Assembly (NCBI GenBank): GCA_950097015.1
Contig: CATNEN010000002.1
Span: forward strand, 2,294,001-2,358,000
Direction of reading: 5' to 3'
Source: Macrostomum hystrix
Taxonomy: Eukaryota; Animalia; Platyhelminthes
DNA length: 64,000 nt
The number at the start of each line of letters is the position of its first letter. Within the stretch, counting starts at the first letter, position 1. Positions 1 through 12,745 of this stretch are shown one piece after another. The position numbers were made by a program, and so were the translations under genes. Under the pieces are notes generated by a model. The model worked only from the letters and a program-made list of their open reading frames with translations. It ran no database searches and was not told the DNA's origin.

Positions 1-2344
1 TTATGACAATCTGATATCAATAATACAAGCAACACATTTGATCACTTTTCAAGTGCACATTTGTACAGCATACATGCCAGGATGCAAACCAACCCTTGAA
101 GTATACACTGATGCATGCCACGCACTCAATGTACATCTGCCCAAAGCAACTGGGCAGAAAATTTTGTTTTTGGGCAAAAAACAATCAATCAAGACTAAAT
201 TAGTTTAGTTTGCAGTCATTTAAAACAAATAAATTGCTAGGATTGGCAAGAATTTACCTAGATCAATTTTAAATTTTAACTACATAGTGAAAACTTTTAA
301 CTACCATTAATTATAACAGGATTGCAATAGTGTTCCCACATTACATTAATTTTTATTCCTAATTATAAAAAGTTTTTTGAAATGCTTATAGATTATCCTT
401 AGTCTTGGAGATGTAGTGTATGCTGGAATTCTTCTGGTGTACACCATGGCTTAGGGGAATTTGTTGTATAGTTTCTGATGTACAAAAACTCTGAAAAATA
501 TAATGGCGTACAAGTGTCTACAAGTAACAACTGGACAAGTGCAACTTTAATTAGCATACAGTATTATAAAATCCAAACAAATTGTAACTTGTAAGATAGT
601 GTAAGACATTTTAATTTTTTTATATTCTCTGCTTGCAAATATATATTTGTTTGTTTTGTAATAAAAATTGAATTAATAAAAATGCCAGCAAAAAATGTAA
701 TAATTATTACTTAGTTTGTGGAAGTGAATTGTTTATTTTGTTTTACCTTTATCATGCATTTCTTTTTATTAATAATTTAAATTGCTTCAATTGAAACATA
801 TTTCTTTATGTATTGTACATTTATTTTTTTGTTTGTCTTGTCATTTGCAAATTAAAAATGTGAGCTGGTTCAAAATTTAGACAATTCAAACTGTGAGCTG
901 CCCCTTTGTTGGACTGCCAAATCCAAACCTCGAGGCCAAGTGAGACTGACGTCCAATGGCAGGTCACAGCGGATGAACTGCAATTGACTTTGTTTGGGGA
1001 TTTACTTTGTAAGATTTGGTATTCGTATGTCTGCACAGTCTGCTGCCCTTAATTAACTGTAAGATCTACTGCCATGCCAAAGCATCCATGGAGTGAAGGA
1101 GGTGGAGAGAGCGATAAAATGCAAGTCTTATAGGACAGTCTACAGAGGGACACAGACAGAAAGGAGAAGGGATATAAAATATGGACTATTTTGACAAGAG
1201 AAAGAGACATAAGTAAAAGCAGGCAAAGCATTGCAAGTGTAGGGAGAACAAATTTGTGTCATAGCAACAACAGTACAAGAAAGTTAATGAAGAATTTCTG
1301 GCATAAAATTATGTTGTGCTAAAAAACATTGGCGTATAACGGTATACATTACATTTTACTTTTCTTTCTGCCTCCGGCATACACATAGCATGATTGAGAC
1401 TATAGTAGATTGTCTTATAGATTATGTTTTTTGAAATACTTAAGTAAATAGGAATATAAATAACTAAAAAACAAATTTGGTCTATCTCAAGCAACACTAT
1501 ACAGCTATAAACAAAAAGAGCTAAGAGTTAGACCAAAATAAGTTCAACCAAACTGAACCAATCAAAATCAACATAGAAAATATCATAAATTATTACTATC
1601 TATCACATTAAGCCAGTTTTTTAGCAATTCAAATGTTGATTTAAAGTTATAACTTGTCATATTTAAACATAAAGACATGAATGTGATATTATCATATTTC
1701 AAATTATTTATGTACAAAGCTGTAAAACTTGACTTGACTTAATCCATAAATTTAACAAATAAAATAAAACTAAATTGTCATACAAAATACAAAATAATAT
1801 TTAAACTAATTTTTAATAGGTCCTGTGGCCATATCTGGCAAAAGTGGCCTATAGCTTTGTTAAGACCTTCTGGCTTATTTAATATTATGGGCATAGGGTA
1901 TAGCCTAATAGCCATAAGGCAAAGATCAGATGTAAAAAACTTAGTAAACTGTTTTGAAGGCACATTTTCTGTCATAAATCATAACTATCAAAATATCGGA
2001 AGCAAACAGGAGGAATGATAAAGGGTGTCAATGAGTTTAGAAACAATAGCTGCGATTTAAATACTGCTTTATCCATTAACAGCAGATTTACCTATGTCAC
2101 AAAGTCGGCAATACGTATTAATTTCCCGATTGACATTCACATTCACATTCACATTCAAACAAGAGTATTGTAACTTAAAAAATAACCATTCAATTACAGC
2201 GAAACTTACAAGATCTTCTGATGCAATTAAGATAACGTTCCAAAATAAATATAATTTATTTTTGTCAATGCATAAAAGAATTACTCTGCTTTGAAGTTTG
2301 TTCCTATCTCCGCAGTGTATATTCTTGTACTTTCAAAAAGTAAC

Positions 2345-5300
2345 TTCTACTGCATCAATCGCAGTGAAAATTTACAAAACCTCTGATGCAATCGAGTTGA
2401 TTGGATGTGTAAAATTTCAGACTGATTCATGAAAGCGTCTGCGGGTTATTCAATGTTAAAGTGTGTTCGTATCTCCGTAGTGTATTTTTGGGAGCCAGCT
2501 TGACATTCGCAGGCAGACACTTCTACTGCATCAATCGCAATGAAAATTTACAAAACCTCTGATGCAATCGAGTTGATTGGATGTGTAAAATTTCAGACTG
2601 ATTCATGAAAGCGTCTGCGGGTTATTCAATGTTAAAGTGTGTTCGTATCTCCGTAGTGTATTTTTGGGAGCCAGCTTGACATTCGCAGGCAGACACTTCT
2701 ACTGCCTCAATCGCAATGCAAATTTACAAAACCTCTGATGCAATCGAGTTGATTGGATGTGTAAAATTTCAGACTGATTCATGAAAGCGTCTGCGGGTTA
2801 TTCAATGTTAAAGTGTGTTCGTATCTCCGTAGTGTATTTTTGGGAGCCAGCTTGACATTCGCAGGCAGACACTTCTACTGCATCAATCGCAATGAAAATT
2901 TACAAAACCTCTGATGCAATCGAGTTGATTGGATGTGTAAAATTTCAGACTGATTCATGAAAGCGTCTGCGGGTTATTCAATGTTAAAGTGTGTTTCGTA
3001 TCTCCGTAGTGTATTTTTGGGAGCCAGCTTGACATTCGCAGGCAGACACTTCTACTGCATCAATCGCAATGAAAATTTACAAAACCTCTGATGCAATCGA
3101 GTTGATTGGATGTGTAAAATTTCAGGCTGATTCATGAAAGCGTCTGCGGGTTATTCAATGTTAAAGTGTGTTTCGTATCTCCGTAGTGTATTTTTGGGAG
3201 CCAGCTTGACATTCGCAGGCAGACACTTCTACTGCCTCAATCGCAATGAAAATTTACAAAACCTCTGATGCAATCGAGTTGATTGGATGTGTAAAATTTC
3301 AGACTGATTCATGAAAGCGTCTGCGGGTTATTCAATGTTAAAGTGTGTTTCGTATCTCCGTAGTGTATTTTTGGGAGCCAGCTTGACATTCGCAGGCAGA
3401 CACTTCTACTGCCTCAATCGCAATGAAAATTTACAAAACCTCTGATGCAATCGAGTTGATTGGATGTGTAAAATTTCAGACTGATTCATGAAAGCGTCTG
3501 CGGGTTATTCAATGTTAAAGTGTGTTTCGTATCTCCGTAGTGTATTTTTGGGAGCCAGCTTGACATTCGCAGGCAGACACTTCTACTGCATCAATCGCAA
3601 TGAAAATTTACAAAACCTCTGATGCAATCGAGTTGATTGGATGTGTAAAATTTCAGACTGATTCATGAAAGCGTCTGCGGGTTATTCAATGTTAAAGTGT
3701 GTTCGTATCTCCGTAGTGTATTTTTGGGAGCCAGCTTGACATTCGCAGGCAGACACTTCTACTGCATCAATCGCAATGAAAATTTACAAAACCTCTGATG
3801 CAATCGAGTTGATTGGATGTGTAAAATTTCATGCTTATTCATGAAAGCGTCTGCGGGTTATTCAATGTTAAAGTGTGTTTCGTATCTCCGTAGTGTATTT
3901 TTGGGAGCCAGCTTGACATTCGCAGGCAGACACTTCTACTGCATCAATCGCAATGAAAATTTACAAAACCTCTGATGCAATCGAGTTGATTGGATGTGTA
4001 AAATTTCAGGCTGATTCATGAAAGCGTCTGCGGGTTATTCAATGTTAAAGTGTGTTTCGTATCTCCGTAGTGTATTTTTGGGAGCCAGCTTGACATTCGC
4101 AGGCAGACACTTCTACTGCATCAATCGCAATGAAAATTTACAAAACCTCTGATGCAATCGAGTTGATTGGATGTGTAAAATTTCAGGCTGATTCATGAAA
4201 GCGTCTGCGGGTTATTCAATGTTAAAGTGTGTTTCGTATCTCCGTAGTGTATTTTTGGGAGCCAGCTTGACATTCGCAGGCAGACACTTCTACTGCATCA
4301 ATCGCAATGAAAATTTACAAAACCTCTGATGCAATCGAGTTGATTGGATGTGTAAAATTTCAGGCTGATTCATGAAAGCGTCTGCGGGTTATTCAATGTT
4401 AAAGTGTGTTTCGTATCTCCGTAGTGTATTTTTGGGAGCCAGCTTGACATTCGCAGGCAGACACTTCTACTGCATCAATCGCAATGAAAATTTACAAAAC
4501 CTCTGATGCAATCGAGTTGATTGGATGTGAAAAATTTCAGACTGATTCATGAAAGCGTCTGCGGGTTATTCAATGTTAAAGTGTGTTTCGTATCTCCGTA
4601 GTGTATTTTTGGGAGCCAGCTTGACATTCGCAGGCAGACACTTCTACTGCCTCAATCGCAATGAAAATTTACAAAACCTCTGATGCAATCGAGTTGATTG
4701 GATGTGTAAAATTTCAGACTGATTCATGAAACCGTCTGCGGGTTATTCAATGTTAAAGTGTGTTCGTATCTCCGTAGTGTATTTTTGGGAGCCAGCTTGA
4801 CATTCGCAGGCAGACACTTCTACTGCATCAATCGCAATGAAAATTTACAAAACCTCTGATGCAATCGAGTTGATTGGATGTGTAAAATTTCAGACTGATT
4901 CATGAAAGCGTCTGCGGGTTATTCAATGTTAAAGTGTGTTTCGTATCTCCGTAGTGTATTTTTGGGAGCCAGCTTGACATTCGCAGGCAGACACTTCTAC
5001 TGCATCAATCGCAATGAAAATTTACAAAACCTCTGATGCAATCGAGTTGATTGGATGTGTAAAATTTCAGACTGATTCATGAAAGCGTCTGCGGGTTATT
5101 CAATGTTAAAGTGTGTTTCGTATCTCCGTAGTGTATTTTTGGGAGCCAGCTTGACATTCGCAGGCAGACACTTCTACTGCCTCAATCGCAATGAAAATTT
5201 ACAAAACCTCTGATGCAATCGAGTTGATTGGATGTGTAAAATTTCAGACTGATTCATGAAAGCGTCTGCGGGTTATTCAATGTTAAAGTGTGTTCGTATC

Positions 5301-5459
5301 TCCGTAGTGTATTTTTGGGAGCCAGCTTGACATTCGCAGGCAGACACTTCTACTGCCTCAATCGCAATGCAAATTTACAAAACCTCTGATGCAATCGAGT
5401 TGATTGGATGTGTAAAATTTCAGACTGATTCATGAAAAGCGTCTGCGGGTTATTCAATG
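2345..5459 (+). repeat. 176/177-bp tandem satellite, left arm of the foldback element (17 full units plus a partial unit)
   Basis: Unit start TTCTACTGC at 2345, 2521, 2697, 2873, 3050, 3227, 3404, 3581, 3757, 3934, 4111, 4288, 4465, 4642, 4818, 4995, 5172, 5348. Units are near-identical. Confidence 0.97.
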
Positions 5460-6177
5460 TGTTGTGATTTAATAGTTTCTATGTACTGTATTTAATAGTT
5501 TCTATGTACTGTATTTTTCGGTGCACTTTCACAGTCGCGTTGCACTTTGAGTCGCCCCCCTGCCCCTTTCTTGCTCTGCGCCTGCCTGCCTATCAATTTC
5601 TCCCACCCCTGGCGTCTGATTGGTTGAGCTAAGACGTTGGGTACCCCCGGTTATTGTCATCTTCCGTTCATGCCCTCTCATTGGTTCGCGGCTCGCCCAG
5701 TTGTCTTATTGACCCTGCGTGATTGGCGAGGCTGCGACTGGTTCTCTCTGTTACTGTCTCTTACTTTCTCTCTCTACCCTGCAGCTTAGCCGTGATCGGG
5801 TATTACCCTGCTCACCCTGGGTGAGCAGGTCTTATTTATTGGCGTGCGCGCGCTCGTCCCCCTCGGACGTGACTGTTTTGTTTTGTTGAGCACCCCAACC
5901 ACCGCCTACCAGACAAAATACATCAACTCAGCCAGCTCTCCCGAGCGCAAACCCGCACTGCAAGCCTACGTAAGTGTCGTCTGCCTCTGTCTTTTCGGGT
6001 TCAGTCACTAGGACTTTGTCGCCAGGGCCTGTGCATTCGTTGCGACCTTGGTTGCCGGCTTACTGTCTGTGCGTCTAGTGCGACAGTAGGCCGACACATA
6101 GTAGGACGGAAGTGCTGAACCTCCCTGCTCGTCCTGAGCGAGAGGCGAAGCCGGCTGGCCCGTCTCGGGACACAACA
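5460..6177 (+). mobile_element. 5' LTR (718 bp) of a Ty3/Gypsy-like retrotransposon
   Basis: Begins TGTTGTG, ends CACAACA (7-bp terminal inverted repeat, TG...CA). Interrupts a satellite unit after TTCAATG. Followed by a PBS and a gag ORF. No second LTR in the window. Confidence 0.85.
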
Positions 6178-6178
6178 T

Positions 6179-6196
6179 TGGTGTCGTGACCAGGAT
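6179..6196 (+). promoter_or_regulatory. Primer-binding site, tRNA-His-like
   Basis: TGGTGTCGTGACCAGGAT, 1 nt after the LTR end. Matches 15/18 to TGGTGCCGTGACTCGGAT, the complement of a typical metazoan tRNA-His 3' end (recalled, not searched). Confidence 0.75.
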
Positions 6197-6341
6197 AGTT
6201 CGTGCCTGTTAGGATCCTCGACCCCATGTGTTAATTAGCTTAGGGATTCTGTTCAGGAGGGGTGTTTTCTAGGACTTTTGTCAGTGCTTTGTTGTTGCCG
6301 TGAGATTTTTTATCTTGTGATTCGAGGATTTTGTTGTCGTC

Positions 6342-7520
6342 ATGGGAGACGAAGGAGTGAATCGCCTCGTGGAGCTGATGACTGCTTCGGTGCGTCGGAC
6401 CTTGCAGCAGGAGATAAATGCAGCGCAGAATGTCCAGAGGCCAGCGAAGCCGCCGAAGTATTCTAGTGGAGACAACTTTCGCATGTGGTTGCAGAAGTTC
6501 AACGCTTATTGTGATGCTGCGCAGATTGCGGAGGCCGCTCGAAGGCCGCACCTGCTTAGCTTCTTGGATTTGAATACAGCATTTGCAGCGGTGGAGAATC
6601 TACAGCTGGGTGAGGATCTGGAATATCAGGAGTTTACGGACGCTCTGTTGGAAAGGTTTCAGCAGCACCGCACGACTGAAGATTACCGGATGGAGCTGGA
6701 GTCACGAGTGCAGAAGGAGGGCGAGACCTACGAGGCATACGCCGATGCACTGCTGGAGCTGGCGAGGAATGCCTACCCTGAAGACGAGCTGCCCGCTGAG
6801 ATTGTCAACAGTTTTGCAAGGGACAGATTCAAGAAGGGCATTAAGGCTGCTGAGAGCGTCAAGGAGTACGTGATCCTTCAACAGCCTGCTACTCTCGCTG
6901 AGGCTGTGCGTTGCGTTCGACGAAAGGAGGCAGCTACTCTAGCCGCCAAGACGTCAGGCTCGGACCAGACCTCCAGGAAGACGACATCAGGTGTGGCTGC
7001 CGTGGACACCAGAGCCGCCAGTTCAGAAGGTTTTGGAGCGCTTCAGCAGCGGATCCGTGAGCTGGAAGACCAACTGAAGCGGCTGAGCCAGACGCCGCCT
7101 CCTCGACAGTCTGCTGCACCGTCGCCTGCTGGGTCTGCGCGTCCGCGCGGCCCGGGGCCCGGGTTGCTAGGAGACAGGGGGGCCTGCGCGTACGCCGCGA
7201 CCCCTAGTCGTCTAGCAGAGCAACAGCAGAGGCAGCATGGTGCTTGCTTTCAGTGCGGAGACGTCGGCCACCTAGCGCGTGAGTGTCCTAGTCGCGTCGG
7301 AAGGATGCAGCAACCGCCACCGAGCACAGCAGCGATGACTGTTGGTCCAAGGCGTTGCTACGCGTGCAACCAGCCAGGTCATCTGGCCAAGAATTGTCGG
7401 TTGGGAAACTTTAGCAGGGCGAAAACTGATTTATTCGTTCAAAAATACTACAATAAGACACTTAAACAACTCAACACTAAAAAATTCTCATTAAATCACA
7501 CAGCCCCTCTTTTACTGTAA
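6342..7520 (+). CDS. gag: Ty3/Gypsy Gag (capsid + two CCHC zinc knuckles); last ~30 aa read into non-retroelement DNA
   Basis: 392-aa ORF. Capsid-like segment with major-homology-like QKEGETYEAYADAL; knuckles CFQCGDVGHLAREC and CYACNQPGHLAKNC; in-phase G GGA AAC slippery heptamer at 7403-7409. No protease, RT or integrase follows. Confidence 0.9.
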   Translation: MGDEGVNRLVELMTASVRRTLQQEINAAQNVQRPAKPPKYSSGDNFRMWLQKFNAYCDAAQIAEAARRPHLLSFLDLNTAFAAVENLQLGEDLEYQEFTDALLERFQQHRTTEDYRMELESRVQKEGETYEAYADALLELARNAYPEDELPAEIVNSFARDRFKKGIKAAESVKEYVILQQPATLAEAVRCVRRKEAATLAAKTSGSDQTSRKTTSGVAAVDTRAASSEGFGALQQRIRELEDQLKRLSQTPPPRQSAAPSPAGSARPRGPGPGLLGDRGACAYAATPSRLAEQQQRQHGACFQCGDVGHLARECPSRVGRMQQPPPSTAAMTVGPRRCYACNQPGHLAKNCRLGNFSRAKTDLFVQKYYNKTLKQLNTKKFSLNHTAPLLL

Positions 7521-7599
7521 AAAAACTACACAGGCTGATTTATAAGCCCGCGAAGATCAATTGCCTTGAATTCATTGCGAGCTGATGTCGAGCTGCACT

Positions 7600-8460
7600 G
7601 GCTCCCAAAAATACACTTCGGAGATACGAAACACACTTTAACATTGAATAACCCGCAGACGCTTTCATGAATCAGTCTGAAATTTTTCACATCCAATCAA
7701 CTCGATTGCATCAGAGGTTTTGTAAATTTTCATTGCGATTGATGCAGTAGAAGTGTCTGCCTGCGAATGTCAAGCTGGCTCCCAAAAATACACTACGGAG
7801 ATACGAAACACACTTTAACATTGAATAACCCGCAGACGCTTTCATGAATAAGCATGAAATTTTACACATCCAATCAACTCGATTGCATCAGAGGTTTTGT
7901 AAATTTTCATTGCGATTGATGCAGTAGAAGTGTCTGCCTGCGAATGTCAAGCTGGCTCCCAAAAATACACTACGGAGATACGAAACACACTTTAACATTG
8001 AATAACCCGCAGACGCTTTCATGAATCAGCCTGAAATTTTACACATCCAATCAACTCGATTGCATCAGAGGTTTTGTAAATTTTCATTGCGATTGATGCA
8101 GTAGAAGTGTCTGCCTGCGAATGTCAAGCTGGCTCCCAAAAATACACTACGGAGATACGAACACACTTTAACATTGAATAACCCGCAGACGCTTTCATGA
8201 ATCAGTCTGAAATTTTACACATCCAATCAACTCGATTGCATCAGAGGTTTTGTAAATTTTCATTGCGATTGAGGCAGTAGAAGTGTCTGCCTGCGAATGT
8301 CAAGCTGGCTCCCAAAAATACACTACGGAGATACGAACACACTTTAACATTGAATAACCCGCAGACGCTTTCATGAATCAGTCTGAAATTTTACACATCC
8401 AATCAACTCGATTGCATCAGAGGTTTTGTAAATTTTCATTGCGATTGATGCAGTAGAAGT
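7600..8460 (-). repeat. 176/177-bp satellite in inverted orientation, right arm of the foldback element (~5 units)
   Basis: Reverse complement of the left-arm unit (GCAGTAGAAG recurring every ~177 bp). Confidence 0.96.
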
Positions 8461-9661
8461 TACTTTTTGAAAGTACAAGAATATACACTGCGGAGATAGG
8501 AACAAACTTCAAAGCTGTGTAATTCTTTTATGCATTGACAAAAATAAATTATATTTATTTTGGAACGTTATCTTAGTTGCATCAGAAGATCTTGTAAGTT
8601 TCGCTGTAATTGAATGGTTATTTTTTAAGTTACAATACTCTTGTTTGAATGTGAATGTGAATGTGAATGTCAATCGGGAAATTAATACGTAGTCGGCAAT
8701 TTGCAAATTACAGTTTTTTATCTTTTTAAAATTATTTTAGCTGTTATTGACCTAAAATTTAATTACACAGAAAATACAATAAAAATAAATGGAGTTCATG
8801 TAATGAACTTTATATCTTGTGCTTTCAATCGCTTTTCTCGCGATTTGTTTGAATGCCTTAAAAAGCAACGGCTTCTTGGGTCATACGACTTCTCCTTCGT
8901 TTTCGAGCGTGCTATGGCTGTTACACCAGGCACTGTGCATCAGAGGACGCCCGCCTTATCGAGGAAGCTAATGCACAGCAGGACAACCAGCAAATACCGC
9001 CGCGGGCTCCGCGGCATTTTTTAGTTCGAGTATAAATATTAAGCGCTTCCACTATACTAAAAATGAAATGGTTGGTTGGTTGGTTGGTTGGTTGGTTGGT
9101 TGTAATTGATTTTCTCCAGAACGGCTCAACCGATTTTCACCATTTCTTCACCAAAAGATGCCAAATATGGGGACAATTATACACGTATTTTTATTAAGCT
9201 TAACTTTATTGCTAAGGGGATTAAATATTCGAAAAACATGAGTTTTTCAAAGGTCAAACCATCTTGGCCTATTGAGAATTTCACTCACTGCCACTGAATT
9301 AGAATTGCATCGTCAAATTGCGCAACAACCCCTAGCTGATTGAATTTGACGCCTGCACTCTGGAGACAAATTTGAAATAAATGTACACAACCAACCGCGA
9401 GACTAAGTGTACTCTATTTTCTCACTTCATTGTACAAAGCCAGAACTTTGAGAATTCATTTTATAAGGCTGATTTTTGCACCCACTAACCAACAGTCGGA
9501 ATAGCCGATGTGTAGGCACTAGGAATAGGTTAGGCTAGGCTAGGGTTCGATTCTGTACTGCGTCAAATCATTTAGACTAATTTTCAGCCAGTAGTGATTG
9601 AAGACTATTTTATATTATTTTTTTCATTTCGTAAATAAAATATCATAAATCATAGCACATC

Positions 9662-11218
9662 GGCTAAACCAGAGTTTGAATCATGGCTAAACCAGAGTCT
9701 GAATCATGGCTTTACCAGCGTCTGAATCATGGCTAAACCAGCGTCTGAATCATGGCTAAACGAGAGTTTGAATCATGGCTAAACCAGAGTTTGAATCATG
9801 GCTAAACCAGAGTTTGAATCATGGCTAAACCAGCGTCTGAATCATGGCTAAACCAGCGTCTGAATCATGGCTAAACCAGAGTTTGAATCATAGCTAAACA
9901 AGCGTCTGAATCATGGCAAAACCAGAGTTTGAATCATAGCTAAACCAGAGTTTAAATCATGGCTAAACCAGAGTCTGGATCATGGCTAAACCAGAGTCTG
10001 AATCATGGCTAAACCAGAGTCTGAATCATGGCTAAACCAGAGTCTGAATCATGGCTACACCAGAGTCTGAATCATGGCTAAACCAGAGTCTGAATCATGG
10101 CTAAACCAGAGTCTGAATCATGGCTACACCAGAGTCTGAATCATGGCTAAACCAGAGTCTGAATCATGCCTAAACCAGAGTCTGAATCATGGCTAAACCA
10201 GAGTCTGAATCATGGCTAAACCAGAGTCTGAATCATGGCTAAACCAGAGTCTGAATCATGGCTAAACCAGAGTCTGAATCATGGCTAAACCAGAGTCTGA
10301 ATCATGGCTACACCAGAGTCTGAATCATGGCTAAACCAGAGTTTGAATCATGGCTAAACCAGAGTCTGAATCATGGCTAAACCAGAGTTTGAATCATGGC
10401 TAAACCAGAGTTTGAATCATGGCTAAACCAGCGTCTGAATCATGGCTAAACCAGCGTCTGAATCATGGCTAAACCAGAGTTTGAATCATGGCTAAACCAG
10501 CGTCTGATTCATGGCTAAACCAGCGTCTGAATCATGGCTAAACCAGAGTTTGAATCATGGCTAAACCAGAGTTTGAATCATGGCTAAACCAGAGTTTGAA
10601 TCATGGCAAAACCAGAGTTTGAATCATGGCTAAACCAGTGTCTGAATCATGGCTAAACCAGAGTCTGAATCATGGCTAAACCAGAGTCTGAATCATGGCT
10701 ACACCAGAGTCTGAATCATGGCTAAACCAGAGTTTGAATCATGGCTAAACCAGAGTCTGAATCATGGCTAAACCAGAGTTTGAATCATGGCTAAACCAGA
10801 GTTTGAATCATGGCTAAACCAGCGTCTGAATCATGGCTAAACCAGCGTCTGAATCATGGCTAAACCAGAGTTTGAATCATGGCTAAACCAGCGTCTGATT
10901 CATGGCTAAACCAGCGTCTGAATCATGGCTAAACCAGAGTTTGAATCATGGCTAAACCAGAGTTTGAATCATGGCTAAACCAGAGTTTGAATCATGGCTA
11001 AACCAGAGTTTGAATCATGGCTAAACCAGTGTCTGAATCATGGCTAAACCAGAGTTTGAATCATGGTAAAACGAGAGTTTGAATCATGGCAAAACCAGAG
11101 TTTGAATCATAGTCAACCAGAGTCTGAGTCATGGCAAAACGAGAGTTTGAATCATAGCCCCCCAGGGTTTAAAACATGGCGAAACCTGAGTTTGAATCTT
11201 GGCTAACCCAGCGTTTGA
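9662..11218 (+). repeat. 23-bp minisatellite CTAAACCAGAGT(T/C)TGAATCATGG, ~67 units
   Basis: Direct reading of the period. Confidence 0.95.
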
Positions 11219-11224
11219 AAAATC

Positions 11225-12745
11225 AACGTCAACTGGGGAGTCATCATCAAAATGGGGATCATGGTAAACTGGGTGATAATCGTCAACTGGGGGATCATGG
11301 TAAACTGGGGGATAATTGTCAACTGGGGGATCATTGTCAACTTAGGGGGTAATGATCAACTGGGGGATCATTGTCAACTGGGGAATCATCATCAAATGGG
11401 GGATCATGGTCAACTTGGGGATCATTGTCAACTGGGTGATCATCATTAACTGGGGGATCATTGTCAACTGGGGGATCATTGTCAACTGGGGGATCATTGT
11501 CAACTGGTGGATCGTTGTCAACTGGGGGTTCATTGTCAACTGGGGGATCATTGTCAACTGGGGGATCATTGTCAACTGGGGGATCATTGTCAACTGGGGG
11601 ATCATTTTCAACTGGGGGATCATCATCAACTGTGGGATCATTGCAAACTGGGGATCTTTGTCAACTGGGGGATCATTGTCAACTTGGGGATCATTGTCAA
11701 CTGGGGGATCATTGTCAACTGGGGGATCGTTGTCAACTGGGGGATCATTGTCAACTGGGGGATCATTGTCAACTGAGGGATCATTGTCAACTAGGCGGTC
11801 ATCATCAACTGGGGGGATCATTGTCAACTGGGGGTTCATTGTCAACTGTGGGATCATTGTCAACGGGCGGGATCATTGTCAACTGGGGGATCATTGTCAA
11901 CTGGGGGATCATTGTCATTTGGGGGATCATTTTCAACTGGGGGATCATTGTGAACTGGGGGATATTTGTCAACTGGGGGATCATTGTCAACTGTGGGATC
12001 ATTGTCAACTGGGGGATCATTGTCAACTGGGGGATCATTGTCAACTGGGGGATCATTGTCAACTTGGGGAACATTGTCAACTGGGGGAACATTGTCAACT
12101 GGGGGATCATTGTAAACTGGGGGATCTTTGTCAACTGGGGGATCATTGTCAACTTGGGGATCATTGTCAACTGGGGGATCATTGTCAACTGGGGGATCAT
12201 TGTCAACTGGGGGATCGTTGTCAACTGGGGGTTCATTGTCAACTGGGGGATCATTGTCAACTGAGGGATCATTGTCAACTGGGCGATCATCATCAACTTG
12301 GGGGGATCATTGTCAACTGGGGGTTCATTGTCAACTGGGGGATCGTTGTCAACTGGGGGTTCATTGTCAACTGTGGGATCATTGTCAACTGGGGGATCAT
12401 TGTCAACTAGGCGGTCATCATCAACTGGGGGGATCATTGTTAACTGGGGGTTCATTGTCAACTGTGGGATCATTGTCAACGGGCGGGATCATTGTCAACA
12501 GGGGGATCATTGTCAACTGGGGGATCATTGTCAACTGGGGGATCATTTTCAACTGGGGGATCATTGTGAACTGGGTGATATTTGTCAACTGGGGGATCAT
12601 TGTCAACTGTGGGATCATTGTCAACTGGGGGATCATTGTCAACTGGGGGATCATTGTCAACCGGGGGTTCATTGTCAACTGGGGAATCATCATCAACTGG
12701 GGGATCATCATCAACTGGGGGATCATTGTCAACTGGTGGTTCATT
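11225..12745 (+). repeat. 18-bp minisatellite TGGGGGATCATTGTCAAC, ~80 units
   Basis: Direct reading; explains the GDHCQL, WGIIVN and STGGSL ORFs. Confidence 0.95.

Larger units (their letters stand above)
2113..8690. mobile_element. Foldback-type (Mutator/FB-like) DNA transposon with long TIRs containing tandem satellite arrays
   Basis: Starts ACGTATTAATTTCCCG (2113) and ends with its reverse complement (8690). The outer ~230 bp of the two arms differ at about 3 positions. Exact 10-bp direct repeat AGTCGGCAAT at 2103-2112 and 8691-8700 (TSD). Confidence 0.92.

Noticed and set aside
1-2100. Short ORFs and exon-like patches in AT-rich DNA
   Set aside because: No recognisable domain and no phase-consistent splice chain.
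2345-5459. CRISPR-like or tRNA/5S/snRNA tandem array
   Set aside because: Units are identical end to end with no unique spacers, and I recognised no RNA-gene structure or Pol III boxes.
8999-9021. GC hairpin plus T-run resembling a bacterial intrinsic terminator
   Set aside because: The context is intron-containing eukaryotic DNA; better explained as a helitron-type end.
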